Of a DNA stretch of 64,000 bases, positions 19,136 through 29,359 are shown piece after piece (positions within the stretch are counted from its first letter, which is position 1; every line of letters starts with the position of its first letter). The notes beneath the pieces are model-generated. The model ran no database searches. It was given only the letters and a program-made list of their open reading frames with translations, and was not told the origin of the DNA. A program made the translations under genes and the position numbers. This stretch comes from Candidatus Poribacteria bacterium (GTDB lineage Bacteria; Poribacteria; WGA-4E; PCPOR2b), in the NCBI GenBank assembly GCA_965208675.1, contig OZ242351.1:544001-608000 (forward strand). Direction: 5' to 3'.

Positions 19136-20076
19136 AGAATCTCCAATTCACTCTCTGCCCCATGTTCGCGCAGTTCCGCTTCAAGCAGATTCGATGCATG
19201 GCGAAAGGCTTCGGATTGTGACGATTCCGGATGCGATGCGACAATGGGCACGCCAAGGTCACCGCCAGTACAGATTTCCGGATCGATCGGAATCGCCCCC
19301 AAAAATGGGATTCCCAACTTTTCGCTGATTCTCTTCCCACCGTCAGATCTGAAGATGTCTGTACGTGTGTCACAGTGGTCGCAAATGAAATAGCTCATGT
19401 TTTCAACGACACCCAAGATTGGTACGTTAAGCTTCTCAAACATGGCGACGCCTCGCCGAACGTCGGCAAGTGCAACATCTTGGGGTGTAGTTACAATCAC
19501 TGCACCGGTCAGGGGTATGGCTTGAGTTAAGGAGAGGGCGGCGTCTCCGGTGCCTGGCGGCAAATCGATAATCAGATAATCGAGCGAACCCCAGTTGACA
19601 TCGCTTAAGAACTGGCGAATCGCGCTATGCAGCATAGGGCCACGCCAAATCATCGCTTGTTCTTCAGATACCATAAAACCAATCGACATAAGTTTAATAT
19701 TGTGACTAGCGAGCGGAATTAGTTTCCTATCCTGCCCGACCTCTGGCTGTTTGTTTATCCCCATCATGGTCGGGATGCTTGGTCCATAGGCGTCTGCATC
19801 CATTAACCCAACTTTCGCCGCTCCATGCGCCAAAGCGAGTGCTATATTGGTTGCAATTGTCGATTTCCCAACACCGCCTTTGCCGCTCGCAATGGCTATC
19901 TTATATTGAACATCCTGGAGCATCACGTTTTGTTGAGGTATATTTGCCTGTGGCGCGGATGGTTTGGATGCTGCCGAGTTGCCAACCATCTGGAGATCCG
20001 GATGGTGCTTTCCACCTTGTGGCGAGGTCACCTGTTCCTTTGTCACACCACCTTTGTCTTTCTTGAAAAGGTTCAT
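19129..20076 (-). CDS. mrp: Mrp/ApbC/NBP35 Fe-S cluster carrier ATPase
   Basis: ASGKGGVGKST, DADAYGPS, IWRGPM, DLPPGTGD, ENMS..CDHC. Start taken at the ATG at 20076 after a GAGGGG RBS. Confidence 0.94.
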   Translation of the reverse strand: MNLFKKDKGGVTKEQVTSPQGGKHHPDLQMVGNSAASKPSAPQANIPQQNVMLQDVQYKIAIASGKGGVGKSTIATNIALALAHGAAKVGLMDADAYGPSIPTMMGINKQPEVGQDRKLIPLASHNIKLMSIGFMVSEEQAMIWRGPMLHSAIRQFLSDVNWGSLDYLIIDLPPGTGDAALSLTQAIPLTGAVIVTTPQDVALADVRRGVAMFEKLNVPILGVVENMSYFICDHCDTRTDIFRSDGGKRISEKLGIPFLGAIPIDPEICTGGDLGVPIVASHPESSQSEAFRHASNLLEAELREHGAESELEILG

Positions 20077-20339
20077 CTCTATTCCCCTCGTGCGGCCAAA
20101 TTGCCCCGATACACTGTTTTGGACAAAAGGTAGTAGGCGTACGCCATGCGCCATACCACTTTACGGCGCACTGGGCGTGCCTACTAATTTGCTTTACACT
20201 CCAACTGCGTAAGTCCTAGAATCTTTGATAATTTTACCGAACTCCCCAGTTAAAGTCAAGTCATACTGACATTTCCCAAACACCTAATTCTTTTCATGTG
20301 CAGGAATGCAACGGGCTTGCACGCAGGTTGGTAATGATG

Positions 20340-22823
20340 TTACAAAACACTTATTGGATCGATATCGACGATTACATCTACATTTTTCGTCGTAACTGCA
20401 TGCGGAATCGCTCCAACGGCGCGTTTGGCGAAATCTCGGAGTGTTTCAACTTGTGCACTTCGCAGCAGGAAATGCCAGCGGAACTTCCCCATAATTTTTG
20501 AAAGCGGCGCAGCGACCGGACCACGAATTATAACGTCTGAGAATTCCTCTGTTTGCAACTTTTCTAAGCAGTGAAGTAGTCGCGATGCTACATGAATCAC
20601 TTCCTTTTCAACCGAGCCGCGGAGTAAAATAGTTGCCGCATGACTAAAAGGCGGGTAAAGGAGCTCCTCTCGATAACCGATTTCCTCTCGGTAAAAACGG
20701 TGGTAGTCGTGTTCCCGTGAGGCTTGAATACTGTAATGCTCGGGCATGTAAGTTTGAATAATGACCTCACCGCCTGCATGACTGCGCCCGGATCGACCGG
20801 CGACCTGTGCTAGCAAATTGAACGCTCGCTCGCCAGCACGGAAATCAGGCAGGTTGAGGGCGGTATCCGCGGAGATTACGCCAACAAGAGTTACATCGGG
20901 AAAATCTAAACCCTTCGCAATCATCTGCGTTCCTACAAGAATGTCAATTTCACCTGATCTGAAGGCGCCTAAGATTTTACGGTGCGCGTCTTTGTGCTTT
21001 GTCGAATCAGTGTCCATACGTTTGACGCTCGCCTGCGGAAACGCCTTAATAGCCTGCTCCTCGACTTGTTGGGTGCCAAGTCCAAAATACCGAAAGTAAA
21101 TGCTGCCGCATTGCGGGCAAACTTCAGGCGTTGGCTTTTCGTATCCGCAGTGATGGCATACCAACCGTTTGGAATGAAAATGAAATGTCAGCGAGATTGA
21201 ACAGTCCTTACACCGTTCGACGTGCCCGCAAGTTCGGCAAAAAACATGGGTTGAGTAACCGCGGCGATTCAGGAACAGTATCACCTGTTTCTGTTGCATG
21301 AGGCGTTTTTCAATTCCCGCCCAAAGATGAACTGAAAATATTGAGCGGTTGCCTTTTTCTAATTCTTCGCGCATGTCGACAATTTGGACGGACGGCATTT
21401 TAATATTCGAGACACGCGAAGGAAGGCTGAGCAGATGAAAATCACCCGCCTTTGCCCGATGGAAACACTCCAACGAGGGCGTGGCAGTACCCAAGATTAC
21501 AGGGCAATCTGCCAATTCTGATCTCTTTAGGGCAACATCGCGAGCGTGATACCGCGGCGCGGCGTCTGTCTGTTTGTAGGAGGTTTCGTGCTCTTCATCG
21601 ACAACAATCAGACCGAGATTGGGCATCGGAGCGAAAACTGCCGACCGCGGGCCCACTACAATGTCCGCATCCCCGGCTTTAATCCGCTGCCACTGATCGA
21701 ATCGTTCTCCGTCTGATAGGTTGCTATGCAGCACCGCTACTCGCTGCCCAAATCGCCCGACAATCCTAGAAACCGTTTGTGGCGTCAAGGCAATTTCTGG
21801 CACTAAGACAATCGTACCTTTTCTCCGCTTCAGGGCGACCGCAATCGATCGCATGTAAATTTCTGTCTTACCACTTCCAGTGACACCGTGTAGGAGAAAT
21901 GCCGTTTTACGATTTTGATTGATTGCCGTCTGGATCTCGCCGAACGCAATGGCTTGATCGGTGTTGAGCGTAATGACTTGCGTCGAGGGCAGCGCCTTTA
22001 AGCTGAGCGGATTTCGTACAGCTTTAACTCTTGTAATTCCAATTAGCCCTTTCCGTTCAAGCGCTCGCAAAGTCGGCAGGCTTGTATGAGTAAGTTTGAT
22101 GAGATCCGTTGCAGTCCAGTTCAAATTCTGCGAGTTGTGCCCTAGGGTAAGTATTAACTCCAATAGTTGAGCTTGTTTTGGCGCACGCTTAATTAATGCT
22201 GAAATCTGAGTCTCAATCTCGGCTATCGGCTTGGTTAATGTAATGACGAGTGTCGTCCGCGGTTTAGATTTAGCTTGAAAATCCGATTTGAGTTCAATCA
22301 ACCCCTTTTCGCGCAACTTGGAAATAACAGGTCTCAATTTTGCATATTCACGTCCAAGTCGGCGAGAGAGTTGGGTTGGAGACATTTCCCCATCCTGCCG
22401 TAAAATTGACAGGATTCGGCTTTGCAGCGGCATCCGCTTCTTCATCACGTCAATTTGTTCGTCAGTCGCTTGCAGATGAATGACGCGGCGTTGCTGTGTC
22501 CGTACTGCCGCCGGAATTGCAATCTTCAATGCCTCTCCCCATGACGACATGTAGTAATCGGCTATCCATTTTGTCAACGACAACAGTTCTTGCGAAAACG
22601 TCGGTGAGTCATCAAGGCAGTCAAGAAGGGGCTTGATTGCAATGGATGGATCGGGGAGAGCCGGTTGGTCAATCAACTCGATAACGACGCCTTCGCGAAC
22701 GCTGCGGCCTAACGCAGCAAGCACACGAGTTCCAGGCTGCACGACTCGAGTGAGGTGATTTGGGATAGCGTAGGAAAACCAGAGATCTTCTGGCAGCGGG
22801 AAAGCCACTTTAGCATATTTCAT
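20340..22823 (-). CDS. priA: Primosomal protein N'
   Basis: GVTGSGKTE, LVPEIALT, DEEH, Cys-rich zinc region, GTQMIAKGLDF, QVAGRSGR, DIDP end. Confidence 0.97.
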   Translation of the reverse strand: MKYAKVAFPLPEDLWFSYAIPNHLTRVVQPGTRVLAALGRSVREGVVIELIDQPALPDPSIAIKPLLDCLDDSPTFSQELLSLTKWIADYYMSSWGEALKIAIPAAVRTQQRRVIHLQATDEQIDVMKKRMPLQSRILSILRQDGEMSPTQLSRRLGREYAKLRPVISKLREKGLIELKSDFQAKSKPRTTLVITLTKPIAEIETQISALIKRAPKQAQLLELILTLGHNSQNLNWTATDLIKLTHTSLPTLRALERKGLIGITRVKAVRNPLSLKALPSTQVITLNTDQAIAFGEIQTAINQNRKTAFLLHGVTGSGKTEIYMRSIAVALKRRKGTIVLVPEIALTPQTVSRIVGRFGQRVAVLHSNLSDGERFDQWQRIKAGDADIVVGPRSAVFAPMPNLGLIVVDEEHETSYKQTDAAPRYHARDVALKRSELADCPVILGTATPSLECFHRAKAGDFHLLSLPSRVSNIKMPSVQIVDMREELEKGNRSIFSVHLWAGIEKRLMQQKQVILFLNRRGYSTHVFCRTCGHVERCKDCSISLTFHFHSKRLVCHHCGYEKPTPEVCPQCGSIYFRYFGLGTQQVEEQAIKAFPQASVKRMDTDSTKHKDAHRKILGAFRSGEIDILVGTQMIAKGLDFPDVTLVGVISADTALNLPDFRAGERAFNLLAQVAGRSGRSHAGGEVIIQTYMPEHYSIQASREHDYHRFYREEIGYREELLYPPFSHAATILLRGSVEKEVIHVASRLLHCLEKLQTEEFSDVIIRGPVAAPLSKIMGKFRWHFLLRSAQVETLRDFAKRAVGAIPHAVTTKNVDVIVDIDPISVL

Positions 22824-23131
22824 AATGGTGGAATGTGGATTTTACGGCTAAACGCGTAGGGAGTTGAACTTTGGTAATTGCTTCCACACGCCATGTACGA
22901 TCATAGGGTAGCATGGTCAGCAATTCGCCCTGAAACGCAAAGAATATGGGGCTTTCGTGTAAAATGTTTTCGTCCTGCCGTTCCGCTATTACACATGCAC
23001 TCTACCATACTTCGAGGTGGAGAGCAACCTCAAATTAAACGAACTATGCCTGAGCGACGGTATCATTTTGCGTGCTAAGTCTGCTATATGAAGCACTGCC
23101 ACCGGTTACATCCTTCCCAACTGACAATCAA

Positions 23132-23160
23132 TTGACGGTCAAGACAGATCATGGTAAAAT
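23132..23160 (+). promoter_or_regulatory. Sigma-70 promoter of comEC
   Basis: TTGACG-17-TAAAAT. Confidence 0.6.
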
Positions 23161-23256
23161 ACGCCGAAATTGTTTGAAATAGAACCGATCAGCATTGGAA
23201 AAATCCAGACGGCTAACCGGAATCAATTTTCCTCGTAATTGCATCAACTACATTAG

Positions 23257-25668
23257 ATGCGCCGCCCCGCTCTTACCACAGTCATTCCATACTCATTAGG
23301 CATCCTTGCCGGCGAAATTCTGCCAATCCCAAGATTTTGGACTTGGCTGATAGTCCTGACATTTCTCATCGCTAGTTTCATCCTACATCAGCGGCTCAAG
23401 AATGCCTTTCGTATTGAAAGTTTAGATAGCACACGCCTTCAGCAAACCCTTCTTCTGTTCGCAATATTTGCCTGCGGCATACTTCGTGTGGGGATTGCTC
23501 TAACCTCTCCCTGTCCTTCGGAACTATACGATAAACCGGTGCGGTTTTCTGGACACCTGTCATATCAGCCTTACCGCGGTGACTTGTGGGACGCTGGCTA
23601 TGCAATCGGAACTATCCAATCTCTGTCCGATGCGGATTTAATGGCTAAGATGAAAATTTTAGTTCGATTTCATGAACCGGTAGCGTTGTGGTACGGCGAT
23701 CACGTTGAAGTTGAAGGCGTGTTGCGCCAACCAAAAGGAAGGCGAAATCCGGGCGGATTCGATTATCGGGCCTATCTCGCGCGTCGGCAAGTCTTTGGGA
23801 TTTTTTTTCCAAATCGCGGTCAAGAAATTTTGCCGACCCACCAAACCGGATTTCCTCCGCTGCGTTGGGCAGAACGCTTGCGTCGACATGTGGAAATTAC
23901 GATCAATCGGTTATATCGCGAGCAACCCGATCATATTCACATTCTCAAGGGAATGCTTTTGGGGAAGCGAGGCGAACTTCCCGCCTCTACATATGATGTT
24001 TTTCGTAACAGTGGTAGCCTACATATTCTTGCTGTGTCGGGGTTGCACGTTGGGTTGATAACCGCTCTCTGTTTTTTAGGTTTTTCTCTCTTCCAATTTC
24101 CCCGTAAAACAGTCTGCATTCTCACCATTGTCTCTATCATAATTTACGCCTGCTTGGTAGGATTTCGCCCGTCAGTGTTGCGAGCGTCATTTATGGCGAT
24201 TCTATTCCTCATCGCGCAGATTGTTGATCGAGATGCCGATCTCGCCAATTTGCTCGCGTTTGCCGCATTATTTCTGTTAATCATTAACCCTGCCCAATTG
24301 TGGAATATCGGTTTCCAACTTTCATTCGCTGCCGTGGCATGCATCATTTATCTCTTGCCCAAGTGGACCGCCTTTATTGCCCGTCATTTTACTGATGGAA
24401 ATAACCATGTTGAGCCTTCCATCTCAAAACTTGAAATAGCTTGGGGAAGCGGTTGGAAGCGAGCCGTTAAATGGTTGGTACTTGCGTTTGGTGTAACTCT
24501 GTCAGCCCAATTAGGTACATTTCTAATCATTGCACGGAGTTTTTGCCGTGCATATCCGCATGGATTGATTGCAGGGCCTTTCGTGGTTGGGCTTACCGCA
24601 CCAATCGTTACCATAACCGCAATTTCAATTATTCTCGGAATGCTGTGGCTTCCGCTTGCAACACCGTTCGTTTATGCCAACCACCTCATCCTCTTTATCT
24701 TCCTTAATATTGTCGAAATCTTCGGCCAACCTTGGGCGGGCGTTAAGATATCACCGCCCGGTTTGGGCTGGATTAGTGTCTACATTGTAGGATGCCTCGC
24801 AATAATACACTGGCGCAGCGTGCGAGAGCATTCAGAAAAAGCGCTGATAATTGGCGCTTCCGTGCTAGCTATCTGGATTTGGGATGCCGCGTTGAAAGAA
24901 GACGGAAACCTTTTAGAAATTACGTTTCTGGACGTCGGTCAGGGCGACGCCGCATTAATTCGATTCCCTGACGGCAAAACTATGCTAATTGATGGTGGCG
25001 CCAATCGGCGCGGTTTTGACAATGGTGAACGCGTCCTCGATCCGTTTTTGTGCCGCGAAGGTGCCTTCAGCCTGGATCTGCTCGTGTTGAGCCATCCGGA
25101 TAACGATCACGGCGGCGGACTAGTTCACATCCTGCGAAATTTCGATGTTAAACGTGTACTGGGTGTGCCGCATCGAGTGCTGCCGCCGCTGACTCACCGG
25201 TATCTGCATCAAATTGTCGATCAAAAAGGCATCCCGCATGATTTCGGTAATGCAGGGAAAATTCAACTGACATCGACCGGGCAGGTTGAGATATTGCATC
25301 CACGGGATGAAGCGTCAGTAAATCTCACGGATTCGGAAATCAACAACGATTCGCTCGTGCTTAAGATTACCTATGGGAATGTACGGACGCTTTTTACAGG
25401 CGACATAAAACAGGAAATTGAATTCGATTTAATCTCGGATGGTTACGATTTACGTGCGGATTTTTTCAAGGCGCCTCACCACGGCAGCGCATCGTCCAGC
25501 AGTTCCGAATTCCTCGCAGCCGCACGCCCACGGGCAGCCATTTTTTCGGTCGGCACCCGAAATCGATACGGATTTCCATCTGAAAAAGTTGTCAAGCGCT
25601 ATCAAGAATTGGGCTGCCGCATATTGCGCACAGATCAGCTCGGTGCAATCAACTTAAGAACCGATTGA
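23257..25668 (+). CDS. comEC: DNA uptake competence protein ComEC/Rec2
   Basis: RNPGGFDY (OB domain), HILAVSGLHVG, GFQLSF, MBL domain (DVGQGD, SHPDNDHGGG, PHHGS, RTDQLGAI). Confidence 0.96.
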   Translation: MRRPALTTVIPYSLGILAGEILPIPRFWTWLIVLTFLIASFILHQRLKNAFRIESLDSTRLQQTLLLFAIFACGILRVGIALTSPCPSELYDKPVRFSGHLSYQPYRGDLWDAGYAIGTIQSLSDADLMAKMKILVRFHEPVALWYGDHVEVEGVLRQPKGRRNPGGFDYRAYLARRQVFGIFFPNRGQEILPTHQTGFPPLRWAERLRRHVEITINRLYREQPDHIHILKGMLLGKRGELPASTYDVFRNSGSLHILAVSGLHVGLITALCFLGFSLFQFPRKTVCILTIVSIIIYACLVGFRPSVLRASFMAILFLIAQIVDRDADLANLLAFAALFLLIINPAQLWNIGFQLSFAAVACIIYLLPKWTAFIARHFTDGNNHVEPSISKLEIAWGSGWKRAVKWLVLAFGVTLSAQLGTFLIIARSFCRAYPHGLIAGPFVVGLTAPIVTITAISIILGMLWLPLATPFVYANHLILFIFLNIVEIFGQPWAGVKISPPGLGWISVYIVGCLAIIHWRSVREHSEKALIIGASVLAIWIWDAALKEDGNLLEITFLDVGQGDAALIRFPDGKTMLIDGGANRRGFDNGERVLDPFLCREGAFSLDLLVLSHPDNDHGGGLVHILRNFDVKRVLGVPHRVLPPLTHRYLHQIVDQKGIPHDFGNAGKIQLTSTGQVEILHPRDEASVNLTDSEINNDSLVLKITYGNVRTLFTGDIKQEIEFDLISDGYDLRADFFKAPHHGSASSSSSEFLAAARPRAAIFSVGTRNRYGFPSEKVVKRYQELGCRILRTDQLGAINLRTD

Positions 25669-25810
25669 CGTCGGTGCTGGATTAGGCATTACGCAGAATG
25701 ATAGCCGATTTCAGGTAAATGGTTTAGCCTAGATTGCTCAATCATCCGATGGGATTCAACCGCCTTCTGTCTGATGGAAATGTGCAAGATTGGTACTTCA
25801 CTTTTTCCTT

Positions 25811-25839
25811 TTGACATAAAAACCCAGCAGTGATACACT
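25811..25839 (+). promoter_or_regulatory. Sigma-70 promoter of nnr
   Basis: TTGACA-17-TACACT. Confidence 0.6.
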
Positions 25840-25965
25840 CTATCTTGAGAATAGCTGAGAGAAAAAGCGTAGATTCCACTGATTGTTCACCAAACCCGAT
25901 GACAATCTCTGGATAACGCTCTATACTACAACGGCCGTGGTTGACGATATCGGTTGAGAGTGAAC

Positions 25966-27531
25966 ATGAAAGTCGTTACCGCAAACGAGATGCGTCAGAT
26001 TGACGAACAGACGATTCACGGTATCGGGATTCCCGGTATTGTGCTCATGGAAAATGCCGGCGGAGCGGTCGTCGCCGCAATTCAAAAGCACTTCTCAGAA
26101 TGTCGGCGTGTCGCCGTTGTGGTAGGAAAGGGAAATAATGGCGGAGATGGGTTGGTTGTTGCCAGAAAACTTGCGCTTACGGGTCTGTCCGTTCAGGTTA
26201 TTCTCGTTTCTCCATCCAATGAATTCACGGGCGATGCCTTAATCAATTTACAAATTGCCCAGAATCTCAATCTCCCCATTTCGCAAGTGCTTTCTCAACC
26301 TGAACTCGATCTATTGCAACCCCAGATATCGGAGTACGATTTAATAGTCGATGCAATTCTTGGTACGGGACTGCGGGGCGCGGTTCGTGGATTTGTTGCT
26401 AGCGTCATTACGTGTATTAACGAAAGCGGTGCTCCGATTGTCGCCATCGATCTCCCCTCTGGTCTACAAGCGGATACAGGTGCAATAGAGGGCGCGTGTA
26501 TCGAAGCTTCCTATACCGTCACAATTGGACTGCCCAAGCGTGGCTTGCTGATTCATCCGGGCGCGGACACGACCGGAAAACTGGAAATCGCCGATATAGG
26601 GTTCCCACGAAACGTTGTCGAATCGTTAAAGGTTCGGGTGAATTTTACTCAGTCGGACGATGCCTCTAAATTAATTCCGCCTCGCTACTGCCATTCACAC
26701 AAAGGCACGTATGGGCGTGTTTTTGTGGCGGCAGGATCTGCCGGCATGACCGGTGCCGCAACTTTAACCAGCCAAGCTGCATACCGTGTTGGTGCTGGCT
26801 TGGTAACTGTCGGCATCCCCAAAAGCCTCAACCCGATTTTAGAAGCTAAACTGACCGAGGTGATGACGCTGCCGTTGTGCGAGGCGGATGCGCAAACCTT
26901 GGCGCTAGATGCAGGTTCGAAAATTCTCGAATTTGTCGAAAGGACGGAATCTATTCTAGCGATTGGTCCTGGACTCTCACAACATCCAGAAACAGTTGCC
27001 CTCGTTCACAACCTAATCCGCGAATGCGAACGTCCAATCGTCATTGACGCCGACGCGTTGAATGCACTCGCAAAATCGACGAAGCTACTCTCATATTTAC
27101 CGCCCCAAACCGTGCTGACCCCGCATCCCGGTGAAATGGCACGGCTCATTGGCGGGACAGTCTTCGAAGTTGAAGGAGATCGAATCGGCATTGCACAGCG
27201 GTTTGCGCGGGAACATGATGTCACACTTGTTCTTAAAGGAGCTCCCACGGTCGTTGCAAGCGGCAACGGCCGTGTGTGGATTAACTCAACGGGCAATTCT
27301 GGTATGGCGACTGGGGGTATGGGTGACGTACTGACGGGAGTAATTGCTGGATTCATGGCTCAGAAATCATCAAGTCTTGATGCTGCAATACTAGGTGTAT
27401 ACCTCCACGGACTAGCAGCGGACATCACCGCGGAAACAATTGGAGTGCATGGATTGATGGCGGGAGATGTGTTGGACGCACTTCCTAATGCAATTCATTC
27501 GTGCGGTGGTAGTAGATTGGGCATGCCGTGA
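25966..27531 (+). CDS. nnr: Bifunctional NAD(P)HX epimerase/dehydratase (NnrE-NnrD)
   Basis: LMENAG, GKGNNGGDG, DLPSG, HKGTYG, DADAL, TPHPGEM, ATGGMGDVL. Confidence 0.96.
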   Translation: MKVVTANEMRQIDEQTIHGIGIPGIVLMENAGGAVVAAIQKHFSECRRVAVVVGKGNNGGDGLVVARKLALTGLSVQVILVSPSNEFTGDALINLQIAQNLNLPISQVLSQPELDLLQPQISEYDLIVDAILGTGLRGAVRGFVASVITCINESGAPIVAIDLPSGLQADTGAIEGACIEASYTVTIGLPKRGLLIHPGADTTGKLEIADIGFPRNVVESLKVRVNFTQSDDASKLIPPRYCHSHKGTYGRVFVAAGSAGMTGAATLTSQAAYRVGAGLVTVGIPKSLNPILEAKLTEVMTLPLCEADAQTLALDAGSKILEFVERTESILAIGPGLSQHPETVALVHNLIRECERPIVIDADALNALAKSTKLLSYLPPQTVLTPHPGEMARLIGGTVFEVEGDRIGIAQRFAREHDVTLVLKGAPTVVASGNGRVWINSTGNSGMATGGMGDVLTGVIAGFMAQKSSSLDAAILGVYLHGLAADITAETIGVHGLMAGDVLDALPNAIHSCGGSRLGMP

Positions 27532-27642
27532 AGACACTCATTCAACCTGCCAGCATTTCAATTACATCAGCTAATCCATGGATAAATTGAAACTCAAACA
27601 CTCAATTTGACGTGCTGTTTATTAAAGTGTTGGGTTTCACTG

Positions 27643-27693
27643 GCATTACGAAATTTCCAAGTAGAAATAAACCTTGAGTTTCCGTTGTAATGC
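27643..27693. repeat. Imperfect intergenic hairpin (GCATTAC...GTAATGC)
   Basis: 7-bp perfect outer inverted repeat with further internal pairing (CAAG/CTTG). Confidence 0.35.
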
Positions 27694-27762
27694 TGAGCGT
27701 CTTTGATTTGTTATGTCAACTCCGCCTATTGAACTTTTTGAACAAGATATTAGGAGAATCAG

Positions 27763-28545
27763 ATGCATCTCAAGTTAACCGGAAAAGTTGCTGTCATCAC
27801 GGGTGGCAGTGAAGGTACAGGATACGCCATTGCGATGCGGCTTTCTGAGTGCGGCGCAAAAGTTGCAATCTGTGCACGGCGCGAAGCTGTCCTGAAGCAG
27901 GCAGCACAGGACATTCAAGCTAAGACTGGGAACGATGTGCTCGCCATTTCCGCCGATGTGACAATACCGGAAGCGCTGGAGGGATTTGTTCAAGGCATCG
28001 TTGACAACTTCGGGCGAATCGATATTCTAATCAACAACGCCGGACGGGCGACGGGAGCACCCTTTGAAAAGGTTACAGATGAGGATTGGTACGAAGATTT
28101 AAATCTTAAGCTGATGGCGGCTGTGCGTTGCTCTCGGCTGGTTATCCCTCATTTGAGAGCCGCTGGCGGCGGTCGCATAATTAACATTACACACCCCGGC
28201 GGAAAACAGCCCGGCGCTGGCACCTGTCCGACCTCGGTCAGCCGTGCAGCGGGAATCGCTTTGACTAAAGCCCTCTCTAAGGATTTACTGCGTGACAAAA
28301 TTCTGGTCAATACGGTCTGTTTGACCTCCATTAAGACAGCGCAAGGTGTTCGCGGCTGGCGAGCGCAAGGATCGCCGGGCACCCTTGAGGAATACTGGAG
28401 TCAGCAGGGAAAGAATCATCCGCTTGGGCGTCTCGGAGAAGCCGCTGAGGTTGCGGATTTGGTCGCCTTCCTCGTTTCGGATAGCGCGGAATTCATTACC
28501 GGAACGGCAATCAACATTGATGGCGGCCTATCGGCGGTAGTCTGA
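27763..28545 (+). CDS. SDR family oxidoreductase (atypical active site)
   Basis: TGGSEGTG, NNAG, IDGG end; the YxxxK position reads TSVSR. Confidence 0.9.
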   Translation: MHLKLTGKVAVITGGSEGTGYAIAMRLSECGAKVAICARREAVLKQAAQDIQAKTGNDVLAISADVTIPEALEGFVQGIVDNFGRIDILINNAGRATGAPFEKVTDEDWYEDLNLKLMAAVRCSRLVIPHLRAAGGGRIINITHPGGKQPGAGTCPTSVSRAAGIALTKALSKDLLRDKILVNTVCLTSIKTAQGVRGWRAQGSPGTLEEYWSQQGKNHPLGRLGEAAEVADLVAFLVSDSAEFITGTAINIDGGLSAVV

Positions 28546-28754
28546 TAGCGGTTTGACCAAAACTGTGCTGTTAAAATTATCACAATACTCTCATTTTTGT
28601 TGAATGGAATAATGCCAATACCGATGATCCGGCAATCCGAGTCAGGTCATCGTTGCTCTGCAAACATGACCTTCAATCATTCGTTGAAGATTCCTAAAAC
28701 GCGCGGACGTGAATAGTCCCAAATCTAAACCTGGCTTTAGAAGGGGGTGAGTAA

Positions 28755-29297
28755 ATGACTTTAGGGGAGGTTTTTGATTTATCTCAGGATATTGAATTGA
28801 GGCACGCGAAATTATATGCGTCGCTCTCTCTTATGCTGGGCGATGTCGATGAGCGTGTCGCACGATTTTGGCAAAATATGAGCGCGGAGGAGTGGCAACA
28901 CTATATTCTCATTGATTTCGGGCGATCATTGTGTGCCCGCGCGTTTGGACTAGATGCGCCGGCGACAGGATTGCCTGAGACCTCTATCCAAAAAATCGTT
29001 CAGGCGTTAGATGAGCACGAGCGTCGAGTGAACGAAAAGCCCATTACCCTCAATGAAGCGTTTGAAATTGCCATCGCAATTGAAGGAAGTGAAGCGGACA
29101 CAATTTATATGGATCTGCTGGATACGATAAAAAGAGCAATCTATAAGGGAAATCAAACCTACCTTCTAAGCCGAGTCACACAAATTGAAAAAGATGTGCT
29201 GGCTCACGTCGATCGTCTGATTGATGCAACCAAAAGTTTCGCGAAAGATCCTGATCTCGTTCGGAAAGCACACATCCTGAAAGATCGCCATCATTGA
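28755..29297 (+). CDS. Ferritin-like/rubrerythrin-family protein
   Basis: E..H..LY, EEWQH, AIAIE.SE, E....H helical-bundle motifs. Confidence 0.7.
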   Translation: MTLGEVFDLSQDIELRHAKLYASLSLMLGDVDERVARFWQNMSAEEWQHYILIDFGRSLCARAFGLDAPATGLPETSIQKIVQALDEHERRVNEKPITLNEAFEIAIAIEGSEADTIYMDLLDTIKRAIYKGNQTYLLSRVTQIEKDVLAHVDRLIDATKSFAKDPDLVRKAHILKDRHH

Positions 29298-29359
29298 TGC
29301 GTAGGAACGACGCGGTGTCGACTTAGTAACGCTGATACGGTTATTTTGAGTGCAATGAC

